From Escherichia phage Vec13, in the sequence record NC_048023.1: a stretch of DNA of 39,747 nt; one strand, given 5' to 3'. Made by a program: the position numbers and the translations under genes. This document shows, piece by piece, positions 8,058-18,530 of this stretch. A model generated the notes under the pieces. It was not told the origin of the DNA and searched no databases. It worked only from the letters and a program-made list of their open reading frames with translations. Positions within the stretch are counted from its first letter, which is position 1. Each line of letters opens with the position of its first letter.

Positions 8058-8392
8058 TGACATACTGTGATAGCACCACATACTGTGAAGCATGTAATGG
8101 TGACGACCGCTTCCCGCACGTTGGTAAACTTGTAGGTAACAAACTACAAGAAATTGATGGCGTCCGCAAGCCGTCCCACTATAAGGTCTTTGATGGCGTG
8201 GAATCCATTGAGATTATCGCACGGTCAATGACTGTGAGTGAGTTCCGTGGGTTCTGCATGGGTAACGTCCTGAAGTATCGACTTCGGGCTGGTAAGAAGT
8301 CCGAGCTGGCGACTATGGAGAAGGACATGGCGAAAGCTGAGTTCTATGGTGAACTTTACGAGAAACATAAGGACAAGTGTTATGACGCATGA
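8057..8392 (+). CDS. gp1.7-like protein (nucleotide kinase homolog, short form)
   Basis: 111 aa; KPSHYKVFDGVESIEIIARSMTVSEFRGFCMGNVLKYRLRAGKKSELA...KHKDKCY matches C-terminal half of T7 gp1.7. Confidence 0.8.
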   Translation: MTYCDSTTYCEACNGDDRFPHVGKLVGNKLQEIDGVRKPSHYKVFDGVESIEIIARSMTVSEFRGFCMGNVLKYRLRAGKKSELATMEKDMAKAEFYGELYEKHKDKCYDA

Positions 8393-8609
8393 AGAACTTA
8401 AAGCTGTAGGGGTGAAGCGTAGAGCGCTCAGTTTTTACCGAGCATACAAGGCGCTACGTAAGGGTATGTTAGCGTTCTCATTAGGACACAGTGAGTATTG
8501 TGACTATGACCTCCTACCGTTTGCTTATATGAAGACTCCTAGTATGATTATTAGGGTAGAGGAGTATGACCATTCTGACGACTGTGTAATGGTGAACCGA
8601 TATGCTTAA
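8382..8609 (+). CDS. Hypothetical protein (about 75 aa; gene 1.8 position)
   Basis: ORF track 8346..8609; internal ATG at 8382 has SD aagga and avoids long overlap with gp1.7. Confidence 0.4.
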   Translation: MTHEELKAVGVKRRALSFYRAYKALRKGMLAFSLGHSEYCDYDLLPFAYMKTPSMIIRVEEYDHSDDCVMVNRYA

Positions 8610-8696
8610 ACCGAGTGAGTGGTGCCGGGAGATGTACGAGAAGACTCTCAACCCGGACTACATTACGTTATACAACCAATGGAAGGAGCGTGGTCT

Positions 8697-8855
8697 ATGA
8701 CTGACGTAGAAAAGAAATACATCGTGGAGCTTGAGGGTCGCGTTCAGTCATTCGAGGTTCCGGTGTACGCAAAGTCTCTTGAAGAGGCTACCCTGAAGTC
8801 CCAAGAGTATGAGGACGCTGGGTTTGTGGTCGGACGGATTCGTCCTGAGACCTAA
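8697..8855 (+). CDS. gp2-like inhibitor of host RNA polymerase
   Basis: [15 protein letters not shown]...[10 protein letters not shown] resembles T7 gp2 HSFEVPIYAETLDEA...AGFEVTRVRP; start at internal ATG 8697 with SD aaggag (track ORF 8619..8855). Confidence 0.7.
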   Translation: MTDVEKKYIVELEGRVQSFEVPVYAKSLEEATLKSQEYEDAGFVVGRIRPET

Positions 8856-8873
8856 ACTATCACTGTAGGACAG
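8851..8873 (+). promoter_or_regulatory. Phage RNAP promoter variant (phi2.5-like; A to G at -3)
   Basis: cctaaACTATCACTgTAGGaca immediately upstream of SSB gene. Confidence 0.55.
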
Positions 8874-8912
8874 ACGTCCAGTTCGTAACTTTAAATTAGG
8901 AGATTTACACCA

Positions 8913-9611
8913 ATGGCTAAAGAGCAACTGAAGACTTTCACCACTCCGGTAGCTGGTATCGTTGAGCCTTACGCATGGCTGAACAAAGCAGACACCAAGT
9001 TTAATGAGCGTGGTGAGCATAAGGTTAACCTGACTTTCAGTCTGGATGACCCGAAGGTCCGTAAGATGATTGATGTCTTACAGAAGATTCACGACGATGC
9101 GTATGCGAAAGCACTCGCAGACCACGAGAAGAACCCACCTCAGGTTCAGCGTGGCAAGAAGCCTATCGAGCCGCGCGAAGGCGATATGCCGTGGATTGAG
9201 AATGGGGACGGTACTGTTACCCTGAAGTTTAAATGCTTTGCGTCTTACCTGAAAGACGGCAAGTCAGAGCCTATCGTATTACGGTTCTACGACACTGATG
9301 CTAAGTTAATCCGTGACGTCCCGAATATTGGCGCTGGCTCCAAACTGAAGGTCAAGTTCAAAGTCCTGCCGTTCAAGTGGAACGCTGCGACTGGTGCAAG
9401 CGTTAAGCTCCAGCTTGAGTCCTGCCTTCTGGTAGAACTGAAGGAGTGGAAAGGTGATGGTGCTGGTGGTGATGGTGGCTGGGGTGACGATGAAGACCTA
9501 GGTACTGGGTACAAAGCGTCAACCGATGGTGACTTCGGGTCTGATGACTTCGGTGATGATGGTTCCGAAGGTGGTGACGACTCCAGCTCTGGTGGCGATT
9601 ACGACTTCTAA
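8913..9611 (+). CDS. Single-stranded DNA-binding protein (T7 gp2.5 homolog)
   Basis: 232 aa; GSKLKVKFKVLPFKWNAATGASVKLQLESCLLVEL nearly identical to T7 gp2.5; acidic Gly/Asp-rich C-terminal tail ending in F. Confidence 0.95.
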   Translation: MAKEQLKTFTTPVAGIVEPYAWLNKADTKFNERGEHKVNLTFSLDDPKVRKMIDVLQKIHDDAYAKALADHEKNPPQVQRGKKPIEPREGDMPWIENGDGTVTLKFKCFASYLKDGKSEPIVLRFYDTDAKLIRDVPNIGAGSKLKVKFKVLPFKWNAATGASVKLQLESCLLVELKEWKGDGAGGDGGWGDDEDLGTGYKASTDGDFGSDDFGDDGSEGGDDSSSGGDYDF

Positions 9612-10063
9612 TGGCCCAATGGTCTGCAAAACGGGGGCACTCTGTGGGTGCCTACCGCTCTGGACTTGAAGCCAAGAACCAGCAGTGGCTGGAACAGAAC
9701 GGCGTCAAAGCGGAGTACGAAAGCCATTATATCAACTATGTGATTCCGGCTTCCGACCACAAGTACACACCAGATTTTATCCTTCCCAACGGTATCATCG
9801 TGGAGACCAAAGGTATCTTCGATAGTGATGACCGTAAGAAGCACCTTCTGGTACGAGAACAGCACCCAGAGTTAGACATCCGGTTCGTGTTCTCAAGTTC
9901 CCGCTCCAAGTTATACAAAGGGTCTCCGACCACGTATGGCGCATGGTGCGAAAAGAACGGCTTTAAATTTGCCGATAAATTCATCCCGGTTGAGTGGCTG
10001 CGAGAGGCGACTGTACGTCTGCCTTCAGGTATACTCATCCCCAAGAAGAAAGGAGTTAAGTGA
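9611..10063 (+). CDS. Endonuclease I, Holliday junction resolvase (T7 gp3 homolog)
   Basis: 150 aa; YTPDFILPNGIIVETKG, DDRKKHLLVREQHPELDIRFVFSSSRSKLYKGSPTTYG match T7 gp3. Confidence 0.95.
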   Translation: MAQWSAKRGHSVGAYRSGLEAKNQQWLEQNGVKAEYESHYINYVIPASDHKYTPDFILPNGIIVETKGIFDSDDRKKHLLVREQHPELDIRFVFSSSRSKLYKGSPTTYGAWCEKNGFKFADKFIPVEWLREATVRLPSGILIPKKKGVK

Positions 10064-10518
10064 TGACTACCTGTAAAGACCTTGAAGTTGGAACACGTTA
10101 CAGATTCTCAAAGAACACCCTGTTGAATAACCCCAGCTTCACTGATGCTGTTTTCGAAAAGCGAGAAGACCATAGCGTAATTGTGGAGAAGGGGTGGCAT
10201 CCTGAGGATTATATCGGTGAGACTACCAGCTGGAATGGTCACGAGACCTACAGTGTAGAAGTTGTTGACCAGCCTCAAGTCCTGCCAGCTTCGAGCGTAC
10301 CTCCTGTGACTGTGAAGCGTGAAGTCCTGACAATCGACAAGATTGGTGTAGGCCAGACGTTCATCGTCCATGGAAAGCCTGAAGAAGTTTACGTGAAGAT
10401 TAGCAACTCACACGTCTTCAACCATAAGCGTCTCCAGATGCACACCACGGACGCACAACGCTTCACCCAGCACCTGAATCTAGTGGTCGTAGAATTGGTG
10501 GTGTACAATGGTAAGTAA
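10063..10518 (+). CDS. Hypothetical protein (151 aa) inserted between endonuclease I and lysozyme
   Basis: ATG overlaps gp3 stop (tgATG) with SD aaggag 8 nt upstream; overlaps lysozyme start; no T7 counterpart at this position. Confidence 0.6.
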   Translation: MTTCKDLEVGTRYRFSKNTLLNNPSFTDAVFEKREDHSVIVEKGWHPEDYIGETTSWNGHETYSVEVVDQPQVLPASSVPPVTVKREVLTIDKIGVGQTFIVHGKPEEVYVKISNSHVFNHKRLQMHTTDAQRFTQHLNLVVVELVVYNGK

Positions 10519-10966
10519 GGTACAGTTCAACCCACGGTCCCGGACTGACGCTATCTTCGTTCACTGTTCGGCTACCAAGCCAGAGATGGACATCGGGGTA
10601 GAGACCATCCGTATGTGGCACAAGCAGCAAGGCTGGCTGGACGTAGGCTACCACTTTATCATCAAGCGCGATGGTACTGTGGAAGAGGGTCGCCCGGTAA
10701 ACGTCGTAGGGTCACACGTTAAGGACTGGAACTCACGGTCTGTAGGCGTCTGCCTTGTAGGTGGAATCGACGCTAAGGGCAAGTTTGAAGCTAACTTCAC
10801 TCCGGACCAGATGAACTCCCTACGCAACAAGCTGGCTGACCTGAAGTCCCTGTATCCTCAGGCAGAAATCAAAGCACATCATGATGTAGCACCAAAGGCG
10901 TGTCCAAGTTTCGACTTACAGCGCTGGCTGTCTACTAATGAGCTGGTCACTTCCGACCACGGTTAA
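10508..10966 (+). CDS. N-acetylmuramoyl-L-alanine amidase / T7 lysozyme (gp3.5 homolog)
   Basis: 152 aa; TDAIFVHCSATKP, QGWLDVGYHFIIKRDGTVEEGR, VGVCLVGGID, HHDVAPKACPSFDL, NELVTSDHG match T7 lysozyme. Confidence 0.95.
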   Translation: MVSKVQFNPRSRTDAIFVHCSATKPEMDIGVETIRMWHKQQGWLDVGYHFIIKRDGTVEEGRPVNVVGSHVKDWNSRSVGVCLVGGIDAKGKFEANFTPDQMNSLRNKLADLKSLYPQAEIKAHHDVAPKACPSFDLQRWLSTNELVTSDHG

Positions 10967-10990
10967 TAAACTCTAAAGGAGAATAACTTA

Positions 10991-11206
10991 ATGATTAAAC
11001 TTATCGAATTTCTAGGTCGTCTGGTGGTGCGTGGTTATCGTCGTGCTGCGGTACTGGAACGAAAGGTAGAAAAGAAGACTGCTGATGGCGCGGCTGATGC
11101 GGCTGCTCTGGCTGACAAGCTGACCATCGCGTCACTGGAAGCTGGCATGAAGGCTCGTCAGGCTGATACCAAAGCTGACCAGTTGGCTCAGTTCTTCAAA
11201 GACTAA
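10991..11206 (+). CDS. Hypothetical protein (71 aa, Ala-rich, predicted helical)
   Basis: Strong SD aaaggag; position of T7 gene 3.8 but no HNH motifs. Confidence 0.5.
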   Translation: MIKLIEFLGRLVVRGYRRAAVLERKVEKKTADGAADAAALADKLTIASLEAGMKARQADTKADQLAQFFKD

Positions 11207-11223
11207 ACTATCACCTTAGGGAT
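11201..11223 (+). promoter_or_regulatory. Possible weak phage promoter variant
   Basis: gactaaACTATCACctTAGGGa; two mismatches at -5/-4 relative to consensus; T7 has phi3.8 at this location. Confidence 0.3.
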
Positions 11224-11274
11224 GGGACCATGAGTCCTGTCCCTTTGTTCGCATTTGTGACTAAGGAGTGACCG

Positions 11275-11454
11275 ATGGTTACAGTTATTCTAGTTCTAAC
11301 GCTTATCAGTGGTAGTGGGCAAACTATCAGCCAAGTACCTATAACAGCACCAACATTACAGGACGCATTCACAATATGTGACCAGTCCGGCTCAAAGTGG
11401 GCCGACAAGTTTGGCGATGTCTCAAACGTTGCAGCAGGGTATGAGTGTATTTAA
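11275..11454 (+). CDS. Small protein (59 aa) with N-terminal signal-peptide-like hydrophobic segment
   Basis: RBS ctaaggagtgaccgATG is nearly identical to gene 4 RBS ttaaggagtgaccaATG; MVTVILVLTLISGSG hydrophobic N-terminus; below ORF-track cutoff. Confidence 0.45.
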   Translation: MVTVILVLTLISGSGQTISQVPITAPTLQDAFTICDQSGSKWADKFGDVSNVAAGYECI

Positions 11455-11461
11455 GGAGTGA

Positions 11462-13165
<1,704 letters not shown>

Positions 13166-13207
13166 TCGGGACATCGCTGACTATAAGAATTTTACGGAGG
13201 ACCGTTA

Positions 13208-13372
13208 GTGTTAAAGAAACTTAAAGCTCGATACCACATGTTCATGTACAAATGGTGGAGCGATGAAGCAACCTGCCTGTCGAACATTCTGGGAGACCAG
13301 CGGTTCAACTCTGAGGCATGGAAGAAAGCTAACCGGAAGTTCATGTATCACTTCTTGCGTACAGACTTCTAG
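13208..13372 (+). CDS. Small hypothetical protein (54 aa, GTG start), gene 4.3/4.5 position
   Basis: Strong SD acggagga 7 nt upstream of GTG; below ORF-track cutoff. Confidence 0.35.
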   Translation: MLKKLKARYHMFMYKWWSDEATCLSNILGDQRFNSEAWKKANRKFMYHFLRTDF

Positions 13373-13373
13373 G

Positions 13374-13418
13374 TCTAGACTCAAGGTCATTCATAGCGAG
13401 TGGCCTTTATGATTAGAC
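13374..13418 (+). promoter_or_regulatory. RNase III-like hairpin (conserved element copy 2)
   Basis: tctagactcaaggtcat ... gtggcctttatgattagac; same motif as 6084 and 36491 copies. Confidence 0.55.
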
Positions 13419-13436
13419 TAAAGCGGAGGATTAACC

Positions 13437-15608
13437 ATGTTTGACCTTAAGAGTATCTGGGGTTCTGACATCGAGACCAACGGTCTCCTTGATACAGTCT
13501 CCCAGTTTCACTGTGGGGTCCTGATTAACGCCGAGTCGAATGAGACCCTTAAGTATGGGGTAGCTCCGATGGTCGGTATCGTCGGCGGCTTCAAAGAGTA
13601 TGTTCATAAAGTGGAAGAGATTGCCGCATCACCTGATGGTATGCTGGTATTCCATAACGGTATCAACTATGACGTCCCGGCTATAGACAAGCTGAAGCGT
13701 TTGTACTTTGGGAAACGCTTTAACTTCCCGAAACATAAGATGATTGATACCTTGGTGCTGGGTCGCTTGATGTATCCAAACATTAAGTTCTCAGACATGG
13801 GCGCGGTGAAAGCTGGTCGTCTGCCACCTAAGATGATGGGACGCCAGTCTCTTGAGGCTTGGGGCTATCGTCTCGGTGAGATGAAAGGTGAGTACAAACA
13901 CGATTACGTTGCCAAGTGCAAGGCTGAAGGTATCGAATATAAGGCTGGGGACGAATGGTTGTTCCCGTCTCAGGAGATGCTGGACTATAACGTTCAAGAC
14001 GTTGTGGTCACACTGGCGTTGTTCAAGAAGTTCCTGACTGACAAGTATTACTTCCAGTCTGAACAGTTCGCTTTCGACCAGATTTATGCGTTGCGTCTGG
14101 AACATGATGCTGCGTGGACCTGTGCGAAGATGGAGCGTAACGGCTATCCGATGAACACCGAGATGGTCGAAGGCTTATATCGTGAACTCACTGTCAAACG
14201 TGCAGAGTTGCTGGACAAGCTGCGTTCGACTTTCGGTAGCTGGTACGCACCAAAGGGAGGCAAGGAGTTCTTCAGGCATCCACGGACAGGTAAGGACCTT
14301 CCGAAGTATCCGAGGGTCGTGTATCCTAAGGTCGGTGGCATCTTTAAGAAGCCGAAGAACAAAGCTCAACGCTTATGTCTTGAACCTTGTGAACGCGATA
14401 CGCGAGACACGATGGAAGGAGCACCATTCACGCCAATCACTTACGTTGAGTTTAATCCGGGAAGCGGAGACCACTTAGCGAAAGTCCTGATGGAGCGTGG
14501 CTGGGAGCCTGTTGACTTCACTGACACCGGGAAACCTGTAGTCGATGACGAGACGTTGGAACACGTTAAGTTACCAGACGCAGAGGCTCAGGCTTGCGTA
14601 GAGCTGGTCCGTGAGTATCTGGTAGTCCAGAAGCGCATCGGACAGGCTGCTGAAGGTAAGAACGCATGGTTGAAACTTGTAGGTCCAGACGGACGTATGC
14701 ACGGTTCAATCAACCCTTGTGGAGCAGTAACCGGACGTGCGACCCATAGTTCACCAAACATGGCTCAGGTCCCGGCTAACGGTGCTCCGTATGGTGAGAC
14801 TTGCCGTGGTGCTTTCGGTGCAGCGTGGAACAAGAAGGATGGCAAGCCAGACCCTTGGATTCAAGTAGGTGTGGATGCTTCAGGTCTTGAGCTTCGTTGT
14901 CTGGGGAACCGTGCGTCTCCGTTCGATGGTGGCGAATACGCGAAGACTGTGGTCGAAGGTGACATCCACTGGGCCAATGCGGTCAACGCAGGGTTAGCAC
15001 CTAACGTCCCACGCAATAAGTCCAGCCACGACCATGATGCTTTCCGTAACAACGCTAAGACGTTCATCTATGCGTTCCTATATGGTGCAGGGGCCGCGAA
15101 GATTGGACTGATAGTTGGCGGTGGTAAGAAGGAAGGTTCAGCTCTCATGAAGAAATTCATTGAGGGTACACCAGCCATCAAGGACCTCAGGGAAGCTGTC
15201 AGTAATACGTTAATCTCGGACTCTAAGTGGGTAGACGGTGAGAACATCGTGAAGTGGAAACGCCGCTGGCTGAAGGGTCTGGATGGTCGTCGCATTCACA
15301 TCCGGTCCCCGCACTCAGCACTTAACGCCCTACTTCAGGGTGACGGTGCGGTGGTCTGTAAGCACTGGATAGTCGAGACCGAGCGTATGCTTGAAGAAGC
15401 TGGCTATGTCCACGGCTGGGAAGGTGACTTTGCGTACATGGCTTGGGTTCACGACGAATTGCAAATTGCGTGTCGTACTCAGGAGATTGCCGAAGAAGTC
15501 GTCAAGATTGCTCAACTTGCTATGCGTAAGGTGGGCGAGTTCTATAACTTTAAATGCGTCCTTGACACCGAAGGGAAGATTGGACCAACGTGGAAGGAGT
15601 GCCATTGA
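13437..15608 (+). CDS. DNA polymerase (T7 gp5 homolog, family A with 3-5 exonuclease)
   Basis: 723 aa; DIETNGLL exo motif, LEAWGYRLGEMKGEY, GAVTGRATHSSPNMAQVP, GVDASGLELRCL, RDNAKTFIYAFLYGAG, AYMAWVHDELQ match T7 DNAP. Confidence 0.98.
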   Translation: MFDLKSIWGSDIETNGLLDTVSQFHCGVLINAESNETLKYGVAPMVGIVGGFKEYVHKVEEIAASPDGMLVFHNGINYDVPAIDKLKRLYFGKRFNFPKHKMIDTLVLGRLMYPNIKFSDMGAVKAGRLPPKMMGRQSLEAWGYRLGEMKGEYKHDYVAKCKAEGIEYKAGDEWLFPSQEMLDYNVQDVVVTLALFKKFLTDKYYFQSEQFAFDQIYALRLEHDAAWTCAKMERNGYPMNTEMVEGLYRELTVKRAELLDKLRSTFGSWYAPKGGKEFFRHPRTGKDLPKYPRVVYPKVGGIFKKPKNKAQRLCLEPCERDTRDTMEGAPFTPITYVEFNPGSGDHLAKVLMERGWEPVDFTDTGKPVVDDETLEHVKLPDAEAQACVELVREYLVVQKRIGQAAEGKNAWLKLVGPDGRMHGSINPCGAVTGRATHSSPNMAQVPANGAPYGETCRGAFGAAWNKKDGKPDPWIQVGVDASGLELRCLGNRASPFDGGEYAKTVVEGDIHWANAVNAGLAPNVPRNKSSHDHDAFRNNAKTFIYAFLYGAGAAKIGLIVGGGKKEGSALMKKFIEGTPAIKDLREAVSNTLISDSKWVDGENIVKWKRRWLKGLDGRRIHIRSPHSALNALLQGDGAVVCKHWIVETERMLEEAGYVHGWEGDFAYMAWVHDELQIACRTQEIAEEVVKIAQLAMRKVGEFYNFKCVLDTEGKIGPTWKECH

Positions 15609-15769
15609 TGAAGAAGCAGACCTTTACAAGACAGGAGGTCATAGACCTTATGAGAAGTGCTTGGTGGAGTGGTCACGAGACCTCTCGCTATTGCCCGAAC
15701 TTGTCAGGGTCTTGTGCTTCTGACATCCGTGAGCTTCTTACACCTGATGCCGAAGAGGAGAAAGACTAA
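15608..15769 (+). CDS. Small hypothetical protein (53 aa)
   Basis: ATG overlaps DNAP stop; SD aaggag 7 nt upstream; Cys/Trp-containing; below ORF-track cutoff. Confidence 0.45.
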   Translation: MKKQTFTRQEVIDLMRSAWWSGHETSRYCPNLSGSCASDIRELLTPDAEEEKD

Positions 15770-16059
15770 TGGCTATGACCAAACGTATGCGAGTATCGTT
15801 CTCGCTGGGTGCTGTGCTGTCTACTGAAGACGTGAAGCAGTTCGAGAAGTCTCTCTGTGAGCTGAGCCGTAAGGTCCTGAACGGTGAGAAAGTCTCAGGG
15901 TTCGAGCGTAAGATGGTCGAAGTTGGCGTGACTGAAGGTCTGGAAGCTGTAGTCGAGCTGGTCTTCAAGAAAGGTATCGTCGATGGCCTGAAAGAGGACC
16001 TAAGCCACTACGCCGACCAACCGTCCTTCGGTGACTTCCGAGTGGAGTTCAAACGATGA
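15769..16059 (+). CDS. gp5.5-like protein (T7 gp5.5 binds H-NS)
   Basis: 96 aa; begins MAMTKR, ends GDFRVEF, features I recall for T7 gp5.5; assignment also by position. Confidence 0.6.
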   Translation: MAMTKRMRVSFSLGAVLSTEDVKQFEKSLCELSRKVLNGEKVSGFERKMVEVGVTEGLEAVVELVFKKGIVDGLKEDLSHYADQPSFGDFRVEFKR

Positions 16060-16265
16060 GCGAATACTTACGGGTCCTTGCGGCCCTTAAGTCCTGCCCG
16101 AAGACCTTCCAGTCCAACTATGTGCGCAACAACGCTGCACTTGTGGCTGAGGCTGCGAGTCGTGGACATCTAAGCTGCCTGTCTATGGATGGGCGTAACA
16201 ACGGTGCGTGGGAGATTACCGCTGAAGGCACCAAGTTCCTGAACCAACACGGAGGCTGTCTATGA
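16056..16265 (+). CDS. gp5.7-like protein
   Basis: 69 aa; LKSCPKTFQSNYVRNNAALVAEAASRGH...GAWEITAEGTKFL closely matches T7 gp5.7. Confidence 0.85.
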   Translation: MSEYLRVLAALKSCPKTFQSNYVRNNAALVAEAASRGHLSCLSMDGRNNGAWEITAEGTKFLNQHGGCL

Positions 16266-16540
16266 GTCAACAACCTTTTGATTTTCTGGGCCAACCTATC
16301 GAAGTGGGCGACAAGTTCGTATACGCTGAGGCTGGTGGACGTGGTGGTACAATGGCGCTACACTCTGGTGTCGTCACACGGATGACTGAGAAGCAGGTGC
16401 TGGTGGAGAAGACCAGATGGGGCCAGACTTGGCGTCCATTTAACTGCATCGTCATTGTAGAGAAGTGCGGTCCAGGCGAGGAGCCTCTTCTAGGAGCAAC
16501 CTTATCGATGGCTAAAGGAGGTCTGGACGATGGGTGCTGA
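16262..16540 (+). CDS. Hypothetical protein (92 aa) at the gene 5.9 position
   Basis: SD ggagg; no resemblance to T7 gp5.9 as I recall it. Confidence 0.5.
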   Translation: MSQQPFDFLGQPIEVGDKFVYAEAGGRGGTMALHSGVVTRMTEKQVLVEKTRWGQTWRPFNCIVIVEKCGPGEEPLLGATLSMAKGGLDDGC

Positions 16541-17399
16541 GAAGAAGATAGCTCTTGTTCTTGATGGCGATTACCTAGTGTTCTCTTCTATGGCTGCTGC
16601 CGAGGACGAGACAGACTGGGGTGATGACATCTGGACCCTTATCTGCGACCACGAGAAGGCTCGTCGTATCCTTGATAACACCATCGATGAAATCGTTAAG
16701 AAGCGCAAGGCGTGGAAAGACGCTAAGATTGTGATGTGCTTTACTGACGATAACAACTGGCGTAAGGATGTTCTGCCTACCTATAAGGCCAACCGTAAAG
16801 GTTCTCGCAAGCCTGTAGGTTACAAGAAGTTCGTAGACGAAGTGATGGCTGACCCACGGTTCAACAGCTTCCTGCGTCCTACGCTTGAAGGTGATGACTG
16901 TATGGGTATCATCGGGACCCGACCTCAGATTGTCGGATGTGACCATGCGGTGCTGGTGTCCTGTGATAAGGACTTCAAGACAATCCCGAACTGTGAGTTC
17001 TTCTGGTTAACCACTGGTGAAATCCTGAGTCATACGACTGCCGAGGCAGACTACTGGCACATGGAGCAGACCATCAAGGGTGACACTACAGATGGCTACG
17101 GTGGTATTCCGGGGATGGGTGAGGACACCACTCGTGCGTTCCTTGACGAGCCATACTACTTCGTGCAGGAGAGCCGTGAGCTTAAGACTGGTAAGAACAA
17201 AGGCCAGATTAAGACTGAGTGGAAGAAGTACCCTAAGCGTGAAGACATGACGCTGTGGGACTGCATGGTGACTCTGGCTGCTAAAGCTGGGATGACCGAG
17301 GAGGAGCTTCTGGTCCAAGCTCAGGTCGCTCGTATTTGCCGAGCCTCCGACTACGACCCTAAGTCCAAGGAGGTCATCCTGTGGACACCATCCATGTAA
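16530..17399 (+). CDS. 5-3 exonuclease (T7 gp6 homolog)
   Basis: 289 aa; FTDDNNWRKDVLPTYKANRK, LEGDDCMGII, SCDKDFKTIPNCEFFW, TIKGDTTDGY, LWDCMVTLAAKAGMTEEEL match T7 gp6. Confidence 0.95.
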   Translation: MGAEKKIALVLDGDYLVFSSMAAAEDETDWGDDIWTLICDHEKARRILDNTIDEIVKKRKAWKDAKIVMCFTDDNNWRKDVLPTYKANRKGSRKPVGYKKFVDEVMADPRFNSFLRPTLEGDDCMGIIGTRPQIVGCDHAVLVSCDKDFKTIPNCEFFWLTTGEILSHTTAEADYWHMEQTIKGDTTDGYGGIPGMGEDTTRAFLDEPYYFVQESRELKTGKNKGQIKTEWKKYPKREDMTLWDCMVTLAAKAGMTEEELLVQAQVARICRASDYDPKSKEVILWTPSM

Positions 17400-17525
17400 T
17401 TTACTGGGCCGGACTTCTGGCCATTTACTGCATGTATAAGTGGTTCGGGTCTAACAACCGTCCTAAACACTGAGTCTAACCGATAGTCATATCCTATCAA
17501 TCCAACAGTCATCCATAGGTGAAAT

Positions 17526-17548
17526 ACTAAACTATCACTATAGGGACT
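17526..17548 (+). promoter_or_regulatory. Phage RNAP promoter (phi6.5-like)
   Basis: ctaaACTATCACTATAGGGact; +1 G at 17543. Confidence 0.85.
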
Positions 17549-17609
17549 TTAGGACCTAAGATATGACTATAAGATAGACTTTAGTCTTAACTTAAAGAGG
17601 AGATTCAAG

Positions 17610-17882
17610 ATGGCGATTAATGCTATTGAAAACGTTGTTAAGCAGTTACAGGAAGAAAGACTTGATGTCCCTAACATCTCCCAGTCTGCCATCCAGTTCC
17701 TGCACGTACTGTTCAACGCAAGCTACGCTGAGAAGATGGGAGCTATCAGTCTCCTCAAGCAGCAAGGCTACAGCGATGCGTTCATTGCTGGGTTCATCAA
17801 GGGTCTCCAGTATTGTTCTGACACTCTCGACTCTGCGATTGCTATGCGTCGTGAGCTGAAAGATACCGTTCAGTTCGATTAA
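17610..17882 (+). CDS. Hypothetical protein (90 aa), gene 6.5 position
   Basis: SD agaggag; first gene after promoter. Confidence 0.55.
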   Translation: MAINAIENVVKQLQEERLDVPNISQSAIQFLHVLFNASYAEKMGAISLLKQQGYSDAFIAGFIKGLQYCSDTLDSAIAMRRELKDTVQFD

Positions 17883-17896
17883 CTGTAGGAGGGACT

Positions 17897-18121
17897 ATGT
17901 GTTTCAGTCCAAAGATTGGCACTCCGAAGCCTTCGGTCCAAGCACCTGAACCAGCACCTCTGAGTGAGGAAGTTGCGTCAGTTGACATCGGGGCTGAATC
18001 GGATGTTGACACCAACGAGACCAAAGGTATCAAAGACCTGAAGGTCAAGAAGGAGTCTGCACCTAAAGATAAATCGTCAGTTAGCCGCGCTATGCGAGCC
18101 TCTGGCGTCAACATGGGGTAA
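17897..18121 (+). CDS. gp6.7-like virion protein
   Basis: 74 aa; MCFSPKIGTPKP start matches T7 gp6.7 MCFSPKIKTPK; SD taggagg. Confidence 0.8.
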   Translation: MCFSPKIGTPKPSVQAPEPAPLSEEVASVDIGAESDVDTNETKGIKDLKVKKESAPKDKSSVSRAMRASGVNMG

Positions 18122-18125
18122 GACA

Positions 18126-18530
18126 ATGCTACCATATCTCAACTCACGCGAAGGTCGCCACATGTGCGCTTGTCGCCTCTGGGAAGACGGGCAGTCTAAC
18201 TTCAAGTCATTCGAGGACTTCAAGGCTCATACTTACCGTATGGCTGACGAGTTCGACGGTGAAGAGTACACAATCTACGATGTCTCAGGTCAACCAGTAG
18301 CGTATCTCTACATGCTGGCTACCACATCTTGGCACCGACCGACTCCCGGTCTTGACCTTTCAATCGTCGCTATTCGTCGTGACTCGCAGTCCTCCCGCAA
18401 GGTTCTTGAGACTGTCAGGCACATCATAGACGAAGAGTGCAAGCGTTGGGGTCTTGGCTGGTATTCTCGTGTCAAGCATGTTTCCGGGTCGGTAGACATC
18501 GTAACAACTAAGGAGATTAATCGTGGGTAA
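18126..18530 (+). CDS. gp7-like protein (134 aa; assignment by position)
   Basis: ORF in synteny with T7 gene 7; no motif recognised. Confidence 0.5.
   Translation: MLPYLNSREGRHMCACRLWEDGQSNFKSFEDFKAHTYRMADEFDGEEYTIYDVSGQPVAYLYMLATTSWHRPTPGLDLSIVAIRRDSQSSRKVLETVRHIIDEECKRWGLGWYSRVKHVSGSVDIVTTKEINRG

Noticed and set aside
8602-8700. 31-codon ORF between the 1.8-position ORF and gp2
   Set aside because: Very short, overlaps both neighbours; no way to distinguish from chance
15391-15723. 110-aa ORF overlapping the DNA polymerase 3-prime end in another frame
   Set aside because: Most of it is antisense-frame shadow of DNAP; the smaller ORF 15608..15769 with a proper RBS is preferred for this interval
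17407-17430. Short hairpin ggccgg-actt-ctggcc after exonuclease gene as a terminator
   Set aside because: Stem only 6 bp with weak U-tract; T7 has no terminator here
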